Sequence record: DRR378314_434
Length of the DNA: 20,000 bases
Direction: 5' to 3' (one strand)
The notes below the pieces were generated by a model. It saw only the letters and a list, made by a program, of their open reading frames with translations, had not been told where the DNA came from and did not search any database. Of this stretch, positions 7,180-16,093 are shown one piece after another. How positions within the stretch are numbered: the first letter of the stretch is position 1; every line of letters starts with the position of its first letter. The position numbers and the translations under genes are program-made.

Positions 7180-10104
7180 TCAAAACTGCCCGCTCACCCC
7201 AAGCAAAAATGTCCGTCCGTTAGAAGTTGTGTTGTAAGCCCGGTCACTGGAGTCACTGTAAAGCTCTTCGCGTACATTGGTCAGGTTCAGGGCTTCAAGA
7301 GTTAACTTAAAGTTATCAGACAGTTGGTAATGAGCGGCTGCGTCAACATAAGTGGTGTCGTGGTAGCCGGATTCATCCTGGTCGGTATTCCCCGCCTGAA
7401 CTGACAAAATGTAGTCACTGCGGTAGGCCGATGAAATACGAGCTGACCAATCTTCAGCTTCATAATAAAAGGTCAGGTTGTAACTTTGGTTCGACAGCCC
7501 GGCAAAGGTTTTTACCTGATTTTCCCCTGTGCCCTGTACGTCGCGGTACAGCGTATCGCCGTCTGCCCAGGTATAGTTGGCAATCATGCCGAGTCGGTTG
7601 AAGGGCTCAGGCAGAAAATCAAAATCCCGCGAGAACGCAAATTCAGCGCCCTGAATAACAGAAGAATCGGAGTTTTCCGGTGTGGTGACAATAAATAAGT
7701 CGTCTACAGACTCCCCTTCCTGCAGCAAGGCTTCGGGAAGCCCTAAACTGCCGTAACGCAACAGCTCAGTTTTTTCGACAATGAAGTTATCAATGTTTTT
7801 ATGAAACAGTGCTAAAGATATAAACCCTTGCTTATTAAAATACCATTCAATAGCAGTGTCTATGTTTATCGATTCGAACGGCTGCAGAAAGGGGTTCCCT
7901 AATCCTATTGAACCAATGTCGCCGTCATCGCGCGAGGCCTGCGATACATTCGCAGAAAAGGACAATTTATCTATAGAAGGTCGAGTAATATTTTTGCTCG
8001 CTCCAAAACGCCATAAAACATTATCGGTAATATCCAGAACCATATTCAGGCTGGGTAACCAATCGGAGTAGTCCCGCTCTATTTCCGTGTAAATACCTTT
8101 TGAAATACCAGCAGAGGACAAAGTTGTCTCGAAAAAACGCGCGCCGGTACTCAACAGCAGCGTTTTACCGAACATTTGCGTATCAAAATCGAAAAGAAAA
8201 TAAGCAGCGTCCGTTTCCTCCTCCACCGAATAATTAGACGTATCAATAATAGACCCTTCACCCAATCTATAGCCCGCTAAACCGTAATGTTGCTGAAGCT
8301 GAGCTAAGTCGCCCTGCAACCAATTGAAGTCGGGGTGTTGAGTATAAACATCCGTATACTCAGGTGGTAAAAACAAATTTCCTTCATTTTCTGGCGTCAG
8401 GCCGTTGGTCGGAAAGTCTCCCTGTACTCGTTCATGCCCGTCATTTGACAGTTTCTTATGACTGACACCCAGTTTCAGAGCGTTTTTGGGCGTTAATCGG
8501 TAGTCGAAATCAGCTTTAAACGTGAGCATGTCCGAAGAAATCTCGTTTTCCTGAAAATAGAGGTCTTTCACTCGAAACGCTGTTGGATCAGTAGTATCAA
8601 ATTCAGGTGAACGGCTAAGCCCGTAAAAACGATCTTTCCTGAAATCGGTGATAATATCCACGCCGTCCGTAATGATATTGACCTTGTTCAGCTTAGGCTG
8701 GCGGTAGTCAGACGAATTAACTCCGAGAAGAAAATTAAACGAAATATCAGGGCTTGTTTGCCAAAAAGAATTAAAGGTTATTTGTTTAAATTCCGATTCG
8801 TTATAGTCCTGCCGGGTTTCAGCTCGCCACGTCGCGTCCTTATATTCGGCATAAACTACTTCTTTTTCACTGTCATTATTTACCCATTCCAGAGCTTTCA
8901 CCTGACGATTATTTTTTACCGCAATATGGTGTTCATCTAAATCATTGGTCAGTCGGTTCAATAAAATATCGACCGTGCTGATAAAGTTTTCATTAGGCTG
9001 ATACTGCAGCGATGCGGTAATTCCCAGTCGAGTCTGGTCGTTATTCCATAGCGAATAACGGTGTCCGCGGGGAAACCAGAACTCGCCGTTAGCTAATTTC
9101 TCTGACAGCGCAGGATTATCCGGCCCAACATAAGCTTTATTTTCTTTACGCCAGCGCGTGGTGTTGGTTCCATATTCAGTTGTATGCCGTTCACTGTAGG
9201 CCATTGATACCAGCGCACCAAAGCTGCCCCAGGTATTCGCTATCATTCCGGCCACACGGGGGTCGTAATGTTGGCTGTTGGAATTGTAGGCCTGTCGGTA
9301 GGAAAAAGCTGACGTAAAGTCCTTGTAGTCTTGGGGCTTTGGTGTAAATAACTCTACCGTGCCGCCAATGCCGCCCTCTTCCATACGCGCCGAGTAAGAC
9401 TTTTTCACATCAATGCGATTAAACAGTTCAGAGGCAAAAATATTAAAATCGAACGCCCGGCTGCGGCTAACTGAACCGCGGGCATCCATTGGTGATGATG
9501 TTATTCCCAAGGCCTCCATGCCATTGATATGCACACGGGTAAAGTCCGGCCCCAGCCCGCGCAGAGATATTTGACGCCCTTCACCGGCTTCCCGGGTAAT
9601 GGAAATACCAGGTACGCGCTGCAGTGAGTCAGCTAAGTTCAAGTCCGGAAAATCAGCAATATCTTCGGCCAGTATCGAGTCCTGAGAAACCATTGCCAGA
9701 CGCTTATATTCCCGCGCTTTAAATAAAGAATCTCTGAATCCGGTGACGGTAATTTCTTCAATAACCTGGTTAACGGGTTTGCTTTCTGCTGCAGGCTCCG
9801 GGGACTTAACCACATTGTCCTGACAGGTTTCAACCAACCAGCCGGAGGCGACATTACTCGCGCATAAGTTGCTGTCTTTCAGCAACTCGTCGAGCAATTC
9901 CTGAGCCGTAAACGAACCTTTTAGTGCCTCAGTGTGTTCATCAGAGACTAAAGCAGGGTCGAACAATATGGTCTGGTCGGTTGTGCGGGAAAACTGAGTT
10001 AATGCGTCTTTTAAAGGTTGCGCCGCAAAAGTCACATCGAACTTTGTGCCTTCTGCGGCCAGGCTTAAACTGGAAATAAGTAGTAGCCAGCTAAATCTAC
10101 GCAT
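7180..10104 (-). CDS. TonB-dependent transducer: receptor with N-terminal STN signalling extension
   Basis: Signal peptide, STN-like segment (AAQPLKDALTQFSRTTDQTILFD...LKGSFTAQELLDELLKDSNL), TonB box EEITVTG, plug motifs, C-terminal Phe. Directly follows the FecR-family gene. Confidence 0.92.
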   Translation of the reverse strand: MRRFSWLLLISSLSLAAEGTKFDVTFAAQPLKDALTQFSRTTDQTILFDPALVSDEHTEALKGSFTAQELLDELLKDSNLCASNVASGWLVETCQDNVVKSPEPAAESKPVNQVIEEITVTGFRDSLFKAREYKRLAMVSQDSILAEDIADFPDLNLADSLQRVPGISITREAGEGRQISLRGLGPDFTRVHINGMEALGITSSPMDARGSVSRSRAFDFNIFASELFNRIDVKKSYSARMEEGGIGGTVELFTPKPQDYKDFTSAFSYRQAYNSNSQHYDPRVAGMIANTWGSFGALVSMAYSERHTTEYGTNTTRWRKENKAYVGPDNPALSEKLANGEFWFPRGHRYSLWNNDQTRLGITASLQYQPNENFISTVDILLNRLTNDLDEHHIAVKNNRQVKALEWVNNDSEKEVVYAEYKDATWRAETRQDYNESEFKQITFNSFWQTSPDISFNFLLGVNSSDYRQPKLNKVNIITDGVDIITDFRKDRFYGLSRSPEFDTTDPTAFRVKDLYFQENEISSDMLTFKADFDYRLTPKNALKLGVSHKKLSNDGHERVQGDFPTNGLTPENEGNLFLPPEYTDVYTQHPDFNWLQGDLAQLQQHYGLAGYRLGEGSIIDTSNYSVEEETDAAYFLFDFDTQMFGKTLLLSTGARFFETTLSSAGISKGIYTEIERDYSDWLPSLNMVLDITDNVLWRFGASKNITRPSIDKLSFSANVSQASRDDGDIGSIGLGNPFLQPFESINIDTAIEWYFNKQGFISLALFHKNIDNFIVEKTELLRYGSLGLPEALLQEGESVDDLFIVTTPENSDSSVIQGAEFAFSRDFDFLPEPFNRLGMIANYTWADGDTLYRDVQGTGENQVKTFAGLSNQSYNLTFYYEAEDWSARISSAYRSDYILSVQAGNTDQDESGYHDTTYVDAAAHYQLSDNFKLTLEALNLTNVREELYSDSSDRAYNTTSNGRTFLLGVSGQF

Positions 10105-10120
10105 TTTCAGATGACATAAT

Positions 10121-11080
10121 TCATGGTGTTAAACGAATCTGTTGAGGCAAATACTCAACGTTTAACGCATACATCTGACTCAACAGCTTTAAAGTTTGTT
10201 CCGTGTCATTCAGGCGAAAACGCCCTGCCACCTCCCGTGAGCCTAAGTTCGGATCAGCCAGTACAATAGGCGTTGAACTGTGGCGGTTAAGTCTCTCAAT
10301 CAGATAAGTGAGATTCTCATTGCTAATTTCTATCCAGCCCGAACGCCAATCTATCAGGTTGTTCACATCAACTTTTTGCACTACGCCAAAACGCCCACGG
10401 GACAAGCGCATCTTCTCCCCGGCTTTTAATAACACCGGGAAGCTTTCCTGCTCGGCCTGAACCTCAACAATACCTTCGTAAACGGTGACATCAATCTGAT
10501 CCGTGCCGCGGTCGATATTAAATTCCGTGCCGACCGCCGTAACACTGGCATCACCAACACTAACCACAAAGGGACGTTTCTTGTCCTTAGCAACGGAAAA
10601 ATACGCCTGACCTGACTCTATGTGCAGGTTTCTCTGCTGCTCGGAGTAGTTCACCATAACTTCACTTGAAAGCTGCAGTTGTAACGCACTGCCGTCGGAT
10701 AACTGATGCGTATTTTCCGTCGGCGACTGCGCAGTGAACACTGTCGGCTGCGGGGTTTCACTAAAGCGACCGGGCAACATGACGGTAATAGCAACAACCA
10801 ACGCACAGGCTGTAGCTAAGCCCATTCCCCATTGAAACGCCTTTTTCACCGGACGTTTTTGTCGCTTTTTCAGTTGTTTGAAAGACTGCTCCAACGCAGG
10901 ATCCTGCCAGGTAGCCAACATTGACTCAAATACCTGCTGATGTTTAACATCAGCCTCTAACCACTTAATAAAGCGTTTCCGGCAAAGAGTATTGAGTTCA
11001 CCGTCAGAAAGCCGATCCATCCATTCCGCGGCTTCAGTGTAAATACTGTCTTGTGAGGTATTATTGACTGTCTCTTGCAT
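10121..11080 (-). CDS. FecR-family anti-sigma factor / transmembrane sensor
   Basis: N-terminal EAAEWMDRL...WLEAD..H, one TM helix, LSDGS, GQAYFSVAKDKKRPFVV, AVGTEFNI (GT cleavage motif), DWRSG. Confidence 0.93.
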   Translation of the reverse strand: MQETVNNTSQDSIYTEAAEWMDRLSDGELNTLCRKRFIKWLEADVKHQQVFESMLATWQDPALEQSFKQLKKRQKRPVKKAFQWGMGLATACALVVAITVMLPGRFSETPQPTVFTAQSPTENTHQLSDGSALQLQLSSEVMVNYSEQQRNLHIESGQAYFSVAKDKKRPFVVSVGDASVTAVGTEFNIDRGTDQIDVTVYEGIVEVQAEQESFPVLLKAGEKMRLSRGRFGVVQKVDVNNLIDWRSGWIEISNENLTYLIERLNRHSSTPIVLADPNLGSREVAGRFRLNDTEQTLKLLSQMYALNVEYLPQQIRLTP

Positions 11081-11611
11081 CTATTTTGTCTTACTGTCTA
11101 TGTAACGCTGAATGTCGGCCAGTGCCCGGGTTATGTGCCGGGTAACGGTTTCCATACTAATTCCCAGTTGTTCCGCAATAGCTTTGCGGCTCTCACCATG
11201 AAGCCGCCTCAGCTCAAACGCCCGCCGCCGTTGCTCAGGCATGTTTTCGAGCGCCTGAGAAATCAGCTCAATACGTTGCGCTTCTTCCAGCAAATATTCC
11301 GGGTTTGCTTTTGGTGAATCAAGGTTATCGATATCGTCATCGCAGTCTACAGGGCGTGCTGTCAGCAGATTACGAGCCACCCGAATTGCATAGCCTAATG
11401 GATTGTTGATGGTACTTTTGCGAGATTGCTCCAGTACCCGCGCCACAGACTCCTGATAAATGTCGGCGGCCTCTTCACTACACCGCGTCCGGCCGGAGAG
11501 GTAACGCCGCAACTGGGCGTTATTGGTTAAACAATCGTAGAGTTTACTGTTGTTTGCTTTATTGGACATATCAGCTGCTGGTGCACCCTGGCGTTTTGCT
11601 GAGATAGCCAA
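11081..11611 (-). CDS. ECF sigma-70 factor (FecI-like)
   Basis: Region 2 (LRRYLSGRTRCSEEAADIYQES) and region 4 (ALENMPEQRRRAFELRRLHGESRKAIAEQLGISMETVTRHITRAL). Stop abuts the FecR ATG (TAG-ATG). Start uncertain: TTG 11611 with GAAGG RBS, or ATG 11569. The track start at 11722 overlaps the upstream gene. Confidence 0.88.
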   Translation of the reverse strand: MAISAKRQGAPAADMSNKANNSKLYDCLTNNAQLRRYLSGRTRCSEEAADIYQESVARVLEQSRKSTINNPLGYAIRVARNLLTARPVDCDDDIDNLDSPKANPEYLLEEAQRIELISQALENMPEQRRRAFELRRLHGESRKAIAEQLGISMETVTRHITRALADIQRYIDSKTK

Positions 11612-11667
11612 GGGTACACCTTCATTATGACAGTTCTGTGGATCTCGTTCGCGTCGGGGCACCGAAA

Positions 11668-13125
11668 TCATTTTTGTTTGTCGATATAAACAGGGTTGCT
11701 GTAAAACCATAAGTCGGTCCACGGGTTCTCGCCTTTAACATCGGGTTGTGGCTCCAGCTCCTCTGCACGGTTGGTTCCGCGAACCCGCACATAACCCGCT
11801 GATGCTGATGCCGGTAATTCAAACGTCATCACCTGATAATTACCCTGACGACTCCGGTCACTTGGATAAAAACGCTTAATAACCTCAGTGGTCGGGTTTA
11901 CATTATTACTCGTGAACCCTTTGTTGCCATGCACTTCACCATAAATGAGATCAACGCGCCCCACCGAGGGGTTATCGTCGTGATAATTTGGTGTGTCAGG
12001 GTCTAAAAAAGCAATAGTGACCGTGGCGGGTTTATCGTCGGTAACCAGAGTTTCACCAATGCTGGCGGTTTTTTCCGACTGCGACACGTAAACATAAAGC
12101 TCGGTAATAAGATCTCCCGTAGTAACAAACACATTGCCACCGCGCAAACCGTTTAAAACACTGTCATAGTCCTGCTGAGCGTAAACATAAGTCTTAGCGT
12201 ATTCTCCGGGCCAAAAGTCGGTACGGCCTTCGGTGTAATGTGCGTGGCTATCAGAAACTGCCGTAATGCTCCAGCGACGTCCTTCGCCTAAAAAGCTGTC
12301 CCATACGCCACCGACTATTGCCGTCATCTGGTCAGTACCGCCGTGTGTCGGGTACCCATAGTATTCCGCCCGCATTCCTTCCGGATCAATTGACCCATCC
12401 GGGTTTATTGTCGCGGCCTGATGCCCGGGAATACCGGTCATCCCCGTAATGACATCCGGAGCGGTATCCTGCCACAGGCGCATTTTTTCAGGCGTCACTT
12501 TTTTAAAACGCCCCAATTTATCCGCCTGACGAGCCGGGTGATTCACCGAAAGCACCGGGCGCGGACTCATCGCCTGCATTGCATTCAGCGCTTTTAACAT
12601 GAAGGCTTCAGTATCCCGCTCAAATTCATTAGGAAATGCTTCACGTCGGTTAAACTGGCTTTCTATTGTGTAGAGCTGCTGCGCTTCTTCATCGGTATGT
12701 GGAATAATTAAGGTGCTGTGGCGTGCATTGGGGGTATCAAATTCCATTCCGTAAAACTGCAAAATACCCGGAACCGCTTTACGGGACGCAACCAGCTCAG
12801 GATAAGCCTGCTCTAAATTGACCCGACTATGCTTCGGACCGCCATGGTCAGTTGTTACCATCCATTGCAAACCATGCTGTTTCGCCATTTGCGCATTCAG
12901 CGCGGTAAAATAATGAGCGTCACCAAATAAAATGGGCGTGGGCGGTTGCGTACTGGTGTCCCACTTTGCACTAAATTTCCCATGAATATGGTGGTCACCC
13001 GCCAACCATTGTTTATTACCCGCAGGCTTAAAATCATAATTATCGGATGTTGAAACCGTCTTTGCACAGGCCGATAACAACGCCAGCGCGACGGCGGTAC
13101 TTATAATCTTTTTTACTCGTGACAT
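11668..13125 (-). CDS. PHP-like (CehA/McbA-type) metallophosphoesterase lipoprotein
   Basis: Lipobox LSAC; metal motifs GDHHIH, TTDH, GMEF, NHP, SDSH; C-terminal YVRVRG...SNPVY. Start moved to ATG 13125 because the longer start lies inside a hairpin. Confidence 0.8.
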   Translation of the reverse strand: MSRVKKIISTAVALALLSACAKTVSTSDNYDFKPAGNKQWLAGDHHIHGKFSAKWDTSTQPPTPILFGDAHYFTALNAQMAKQHGLQWMVTTDHGGPKHSRVNLEQAYPELVASRKAVPGILQFYGMEFDTPNARHSTLIIPHTDEEAQQLYTIESQFNRREAFPNEFERDTEAFMLKALNAMQAMSPRPVLSVNHPARQADKLGRFKKVTPEKMRLWQDTAPDVITGMTGIPGHQAATINPDGSIDPEGMRAEYYGYPTHGGTDQMTAIVGGVWDSFLGEGRRWSITAVSDSHAHYTEGRTDFWPGEYAKTYVYAQQDYDSVLNGLRGGNVFVTTGDLITELYVYVSQSEKTASIGETLVTDDKPATVTIAFLDPDTPNYHDDNPSVGRVDLIYGEVHGNKGFTSNNVNPTTEVIKRFYPSDRSRQGNYQVMTFELPASASAGYVRVRGTNRAEELEPQPDVKGENPWTDLWFYSNPVYIDKQK

Positions 13126-13143
13126 CTTATTTCTCTTTAAAGC

Positions 13144-13169
13144 AAAAACCGGGCTCATCTGAGCCCGGT
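13144..13169 (-). terminator. Intrinsic terminator-like hairpin between the receptor and the phosphoesterase
   Basis: Minus strand ACCGGGCTCA-GA-TGAGCCCGGT running into TTTTT, 15 bp after the receptor stop codon. Confidence 0.7.
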
Positions 13170-13184
13170 AACATGTAAGGAAAA

Positions 13185-15866
13185 TCAGAACTGTGCAGTA
13201 ATGCCCAGCATCACTGTTCTGCCACTGGTAATGGTGTTATACGCGCGGTCATGAGAGTCGCTGTAAGACTCTTCACGTACGTTCGTCAGGTTGATACCTT
13301 CCAGGCTCAACTTAACGTTGTCCGTCAGCTGATAAAACGATGAGAAGTCGACATAGGTTGTGCCGTGATACCCGCTTTCATCCTGGTCTGCACTAGACGT
13401 CGCGCCGCTGCCATAACGACTGCGATAAGCCGCTGATACGCGGGCGCCCCAGTTTTCCACTTCGTAATACAAGGTGAAGTTGTAACTGTTTTTCGACAAT
13501 CCAGAGAACGGTTTAACCTGGTCATTTCCTTCAATACCATAAATGTTCCGGTAAAGAGATTCGCCATCCGCGTAGGTGTAGTTAGCGATAACACCTAAGT
13601 TGTTAAATGGTGCAGGAAGAAAATCTAAGTCTCTTGAAAATGCCAGTTCAACACCCTTAATGGTCGAAGAATCGACATTTTCCGGACGTTCAAGATAGAA
13701 AATACTGTCCATGTTTTTATCTGCCGGCAACAGTTCTTCCGGCAGGCCCAGACTTGAATAAACCACTTCGGTGGTCGTACCGACAATAAAGTTGTCGATG
13801 TCTTTGTGGAATATGGCCGCAGACGCATAACCAACATCTTCAAAGTACCACTCAATAGCAGTGTCTAAGTTAGTTGATTCAAACGGATCCAGATTCGGGT
13901 TGCCCATGGATACACTGGTAATCGCCTCCCCCGAGGTTTGCGAGACCGAGGCGTTATAACTCAGCGAGCCCAATGAAGGACGGGTAACATTCTTAGTAGC
14001 AGCAAAACGCCATAAAAGATCCGGACTCAGTTCATACACCATATTCAGGGTTGGAAGAACATCGGAGTAAGTGCGGGCTGTCTCAATATCTACCCCTCCT
14101 GAGACACCAGCTGATGTAATTTCAGTTTCAAAGTAACGTAAGCCGGTACTTATGCGTAACGGACGACCGGCAACGCTGCTTTCAAAACCATATTGAGCGT
14201 AAACCGCGTTGGTCTCTTCCGTTACCGGCGACTTGTCGTTTTCTGACAAGTCAGAATCGTCCAAACGGGTTCCCTGCAGGCCATAGTAAGCCAGCAAATT
14301 ACCTAAATCCGCCTGAATCCAGTTTTGGTCCAGATGCTGGTTAAATACGTTAACCAAATCATCCGTTAACGTCAGCTCGCCGGCATTTTGTGGTGCTTCG
14401 TTCTGCGCATTACTTCTGGTTAGCTGATAAGCACTGTTCTCAAACTTCTTATAGTTAGCGCCAAAGGTTAATTCACCGGTGTCGCCAATAAAGTAGCTGA
14501 AATCAACTTTAGCGATATCAAAATCATTCGTGATGTAGTTTTCCTGCATGTAGATGTCTTTAACTTCAAAACCTTCCATGCTGGTTACATCAAAGTTCGG
14601 CGAGGTGCTAATGCCATAAAAACGATCGCCGCGGAAGTCAGTCATAATGTCGACTTTATTCTTCGCGTGAATATTAGATTTAAGAACCTGTGGTTGCTCA
14701 AAATCCGATGAACTGGTGCCAACCATGGCCGACATGCTGAAGTCAGGCGTTAACGACCAGTCCATGGTTAAGGTGTACTGGTTAAACTCTGATTCGTTAC
14801 GGCGACGGGTATTTTCGTTACGCCAGGTGGCATCTTCATAACTTGCGTAGAGAACTTCTTTTTGTCCGTCGTTTTCTGTCCATTCAAGCTCTTTCACAAT
14901 ATCGTTATCTTTAACCGCAGAATGATGCTCGTCGTAGTCATTTTCGAGTTCAGAATGCATTAAATCAAACGAGAAGCTCAGTTCTTTGCTGGGTTTAAAC
15001 TGAAGCGCTGTCGTAATGCCTAAACGTTTTTGTTGGTTATTCCACAGTGAATAACGGTGCCCACGGGGGAACCATAACTCACCTGAGTCCAACTCTGCCT
15101 GTAATTCGGTGTCGGTTGGATCAGCGGCTGTTTTTCCGCCTTCCCGGCGCCAACGTGTGGTATTAGTGCCGTACTCTGTGGTTGAACGCTCGCTGTAAGC
15201 AACTGAAGCCAGTGCACCAAAATTACCCCAGGTATTAGAAATTAAACCGGCGAAACGTGGATCCGTTTCTTCACTGTTATCGTTGTAACCACCTTTTAAC
15301 GAAATTGCACTTTTAGCACCGTCATAGTCAAAGGGCTTAGCTGTATAAAGACCAACAGTACCGCCGATACCGCCCTCTTCCTGGTCTGCCGAATAGGTTT
15401 TGTTCACATCAATGCGGTTGAACAATTCAGAAGCAAAAACATTAAAGTCGAAACTACGCGTGCGGCTCGCTCCGCCTTTAGCATCCATCGGCGACGCTGA
15501 TGTGCCCATGGCCTCCATACCATTGACCTGAACACGGGTAAAATCAGGACCTAATCCACGCAGTGAAATTTGGCGCCCTTCTCCCCCTTCACGCGTAATG
15601 CTGACACCAGGAACGCGTTGCAACGAATCGGCAAGGTTTAAATCAGGAAAATCGGCAATGTCTTCCGCAAGGATTGAATCACGAGAAATAATCGCTTCGC
15701 GCTTAAAGTCTTTGGCTTTAATTAATGAGCTTCTGAACGAAGTCACTTCAATCACTTCCATGGCTTCTTCATCTACTGCCTGCTCCTGAGCTAGCACCGT
15801 ATTTGAATAACCAAAAGCACTGACGATGGCTGTCGCTAAAACTGTTTTTCTAAATGAGTGGTTCAT
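13185..15866 (-). CDS. TonB-dependent receptor (no signalling extension), paralogue of 7180..10104
   Basis: Signal peptide (...VLA), TonB box EVIEVTS, plug DSILAEDIADFPDLNLADSLQRVPG, GNPNLDPF barrel motif, C-terminal Phe. Confidence 0.93.
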   Translation of the reverse strand: MNHSFRKTVLATAIVSAFGYSNTVLAQEQAVDEEAMEVIEVTSFRSSLIKAKDFKREAIISRDSILAEDIADFPDLNLADSLQRVPGVSITREGGEGRQISLRGLGPDFTRVQVNGMEAMGTSASPMDAKGGASRTRSFDFNVFASELFNRIDVNKTYSADQEEGGIGGTVGLYTAKPFDYDGAKSAISLKGGYNDNSEETDPRFAGLISNTWGNFGALASVAYSERSTTEYGTNTTRWRREGGKTAADPTDTELQAELDSGELWFPRGHRYSLWNNQQKRLGITTALQFKPSKELSFSFDLMHSELENDYDEHHSAVKDNDIVKELEWTENDGQKEVLYASYEDATWRNENTRRRNESEFNQYTLTMDWSLTPDFSMSAMVGTSSSDFEQPQVLKSNIHAKNKVDIMTDFRGDRFYGISTSPNFDVTSMEGFEVKDIYMQENYITNDFDIAKVDFSYFIGDTGELTFGANYKKFENSAYQLTRSNAQNEAPQNAGELTLTDDLVNVFNQHLDQNWIQADLGNLLAYYGLQGTRLDDSDLSENDKSPVTEETNAVYAQYGFESSVAGRPLRISTGLRYFETEITSAGVSGGVDIETARTYSDVLPTLNMVYELSPDLLWRFAATKNVTRPSLGSLSYNASVSQTSGEAITSVSMGNPNLDPFESTNLDTAIEWYFEDVGYASAAIFHKDIDNFIVGTTTEVVYSSLGLPEELLPADKNMDSIFYLERPENVDSSTIKGVELAFSRDLDFLPAPFNNLGVIANYTYADGESLYRNIYGIEGNDQVKPFSGLSKNSYNFTLYYEVENWGARVSAAYRSRYGSGATSSADQDESGYHGTTYVDFSSFYQLTDNVKLSLEGINLTNVREESYSDSHDRAYNTITSGRTVMLGITAQF

Positions 15867-15957
15867 GTTGGTTCCGTTATAGGTTGACTAAAAACGTTCA
15901 GTCCAAAAAACAGGGACACCTATAAAGAGCCGGGAAACCTCAAAAGCAGACAAGAAT

Positions 15958-15990
15958 TTTTGTGAAGAATCGATGAAGGATTTGTGAATA
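15958..15990 (-). promoter_or_regulatory. Three 11-bp-period direct repeats, Pho-box-like
   Basis: Minus strand TATTCACaaat CCTTCATcgat TCTTCACaaaa. TTCAY at exact 11-nt spacing with mostly AT-rich spacers, about 90-125 bp upstream of the receptor ATG. Confidence 0.55.
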
Positions 15991-16026
15991 CAGGGAACTA
16001 ACTACCTTTAACTATGCTGGCAGGAA

Positions 16027-16055
16027 TGTCGGCACCTTTCTTCTTGGTACCGACA
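16027..16055 (-). terminator. Stem-loop downstream of the cytochrome b gene (possible terminator)
   Basis: Minus strand TGTCGGTACC-N9-GGTGCCGACA (one G-U pair). The U-tract is weak. Confidence 0.4.
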
Positions 16056-16093
16056 ACGCTTTCGAGGGAAATTAGCAAGAGTTGAAAACGGCG

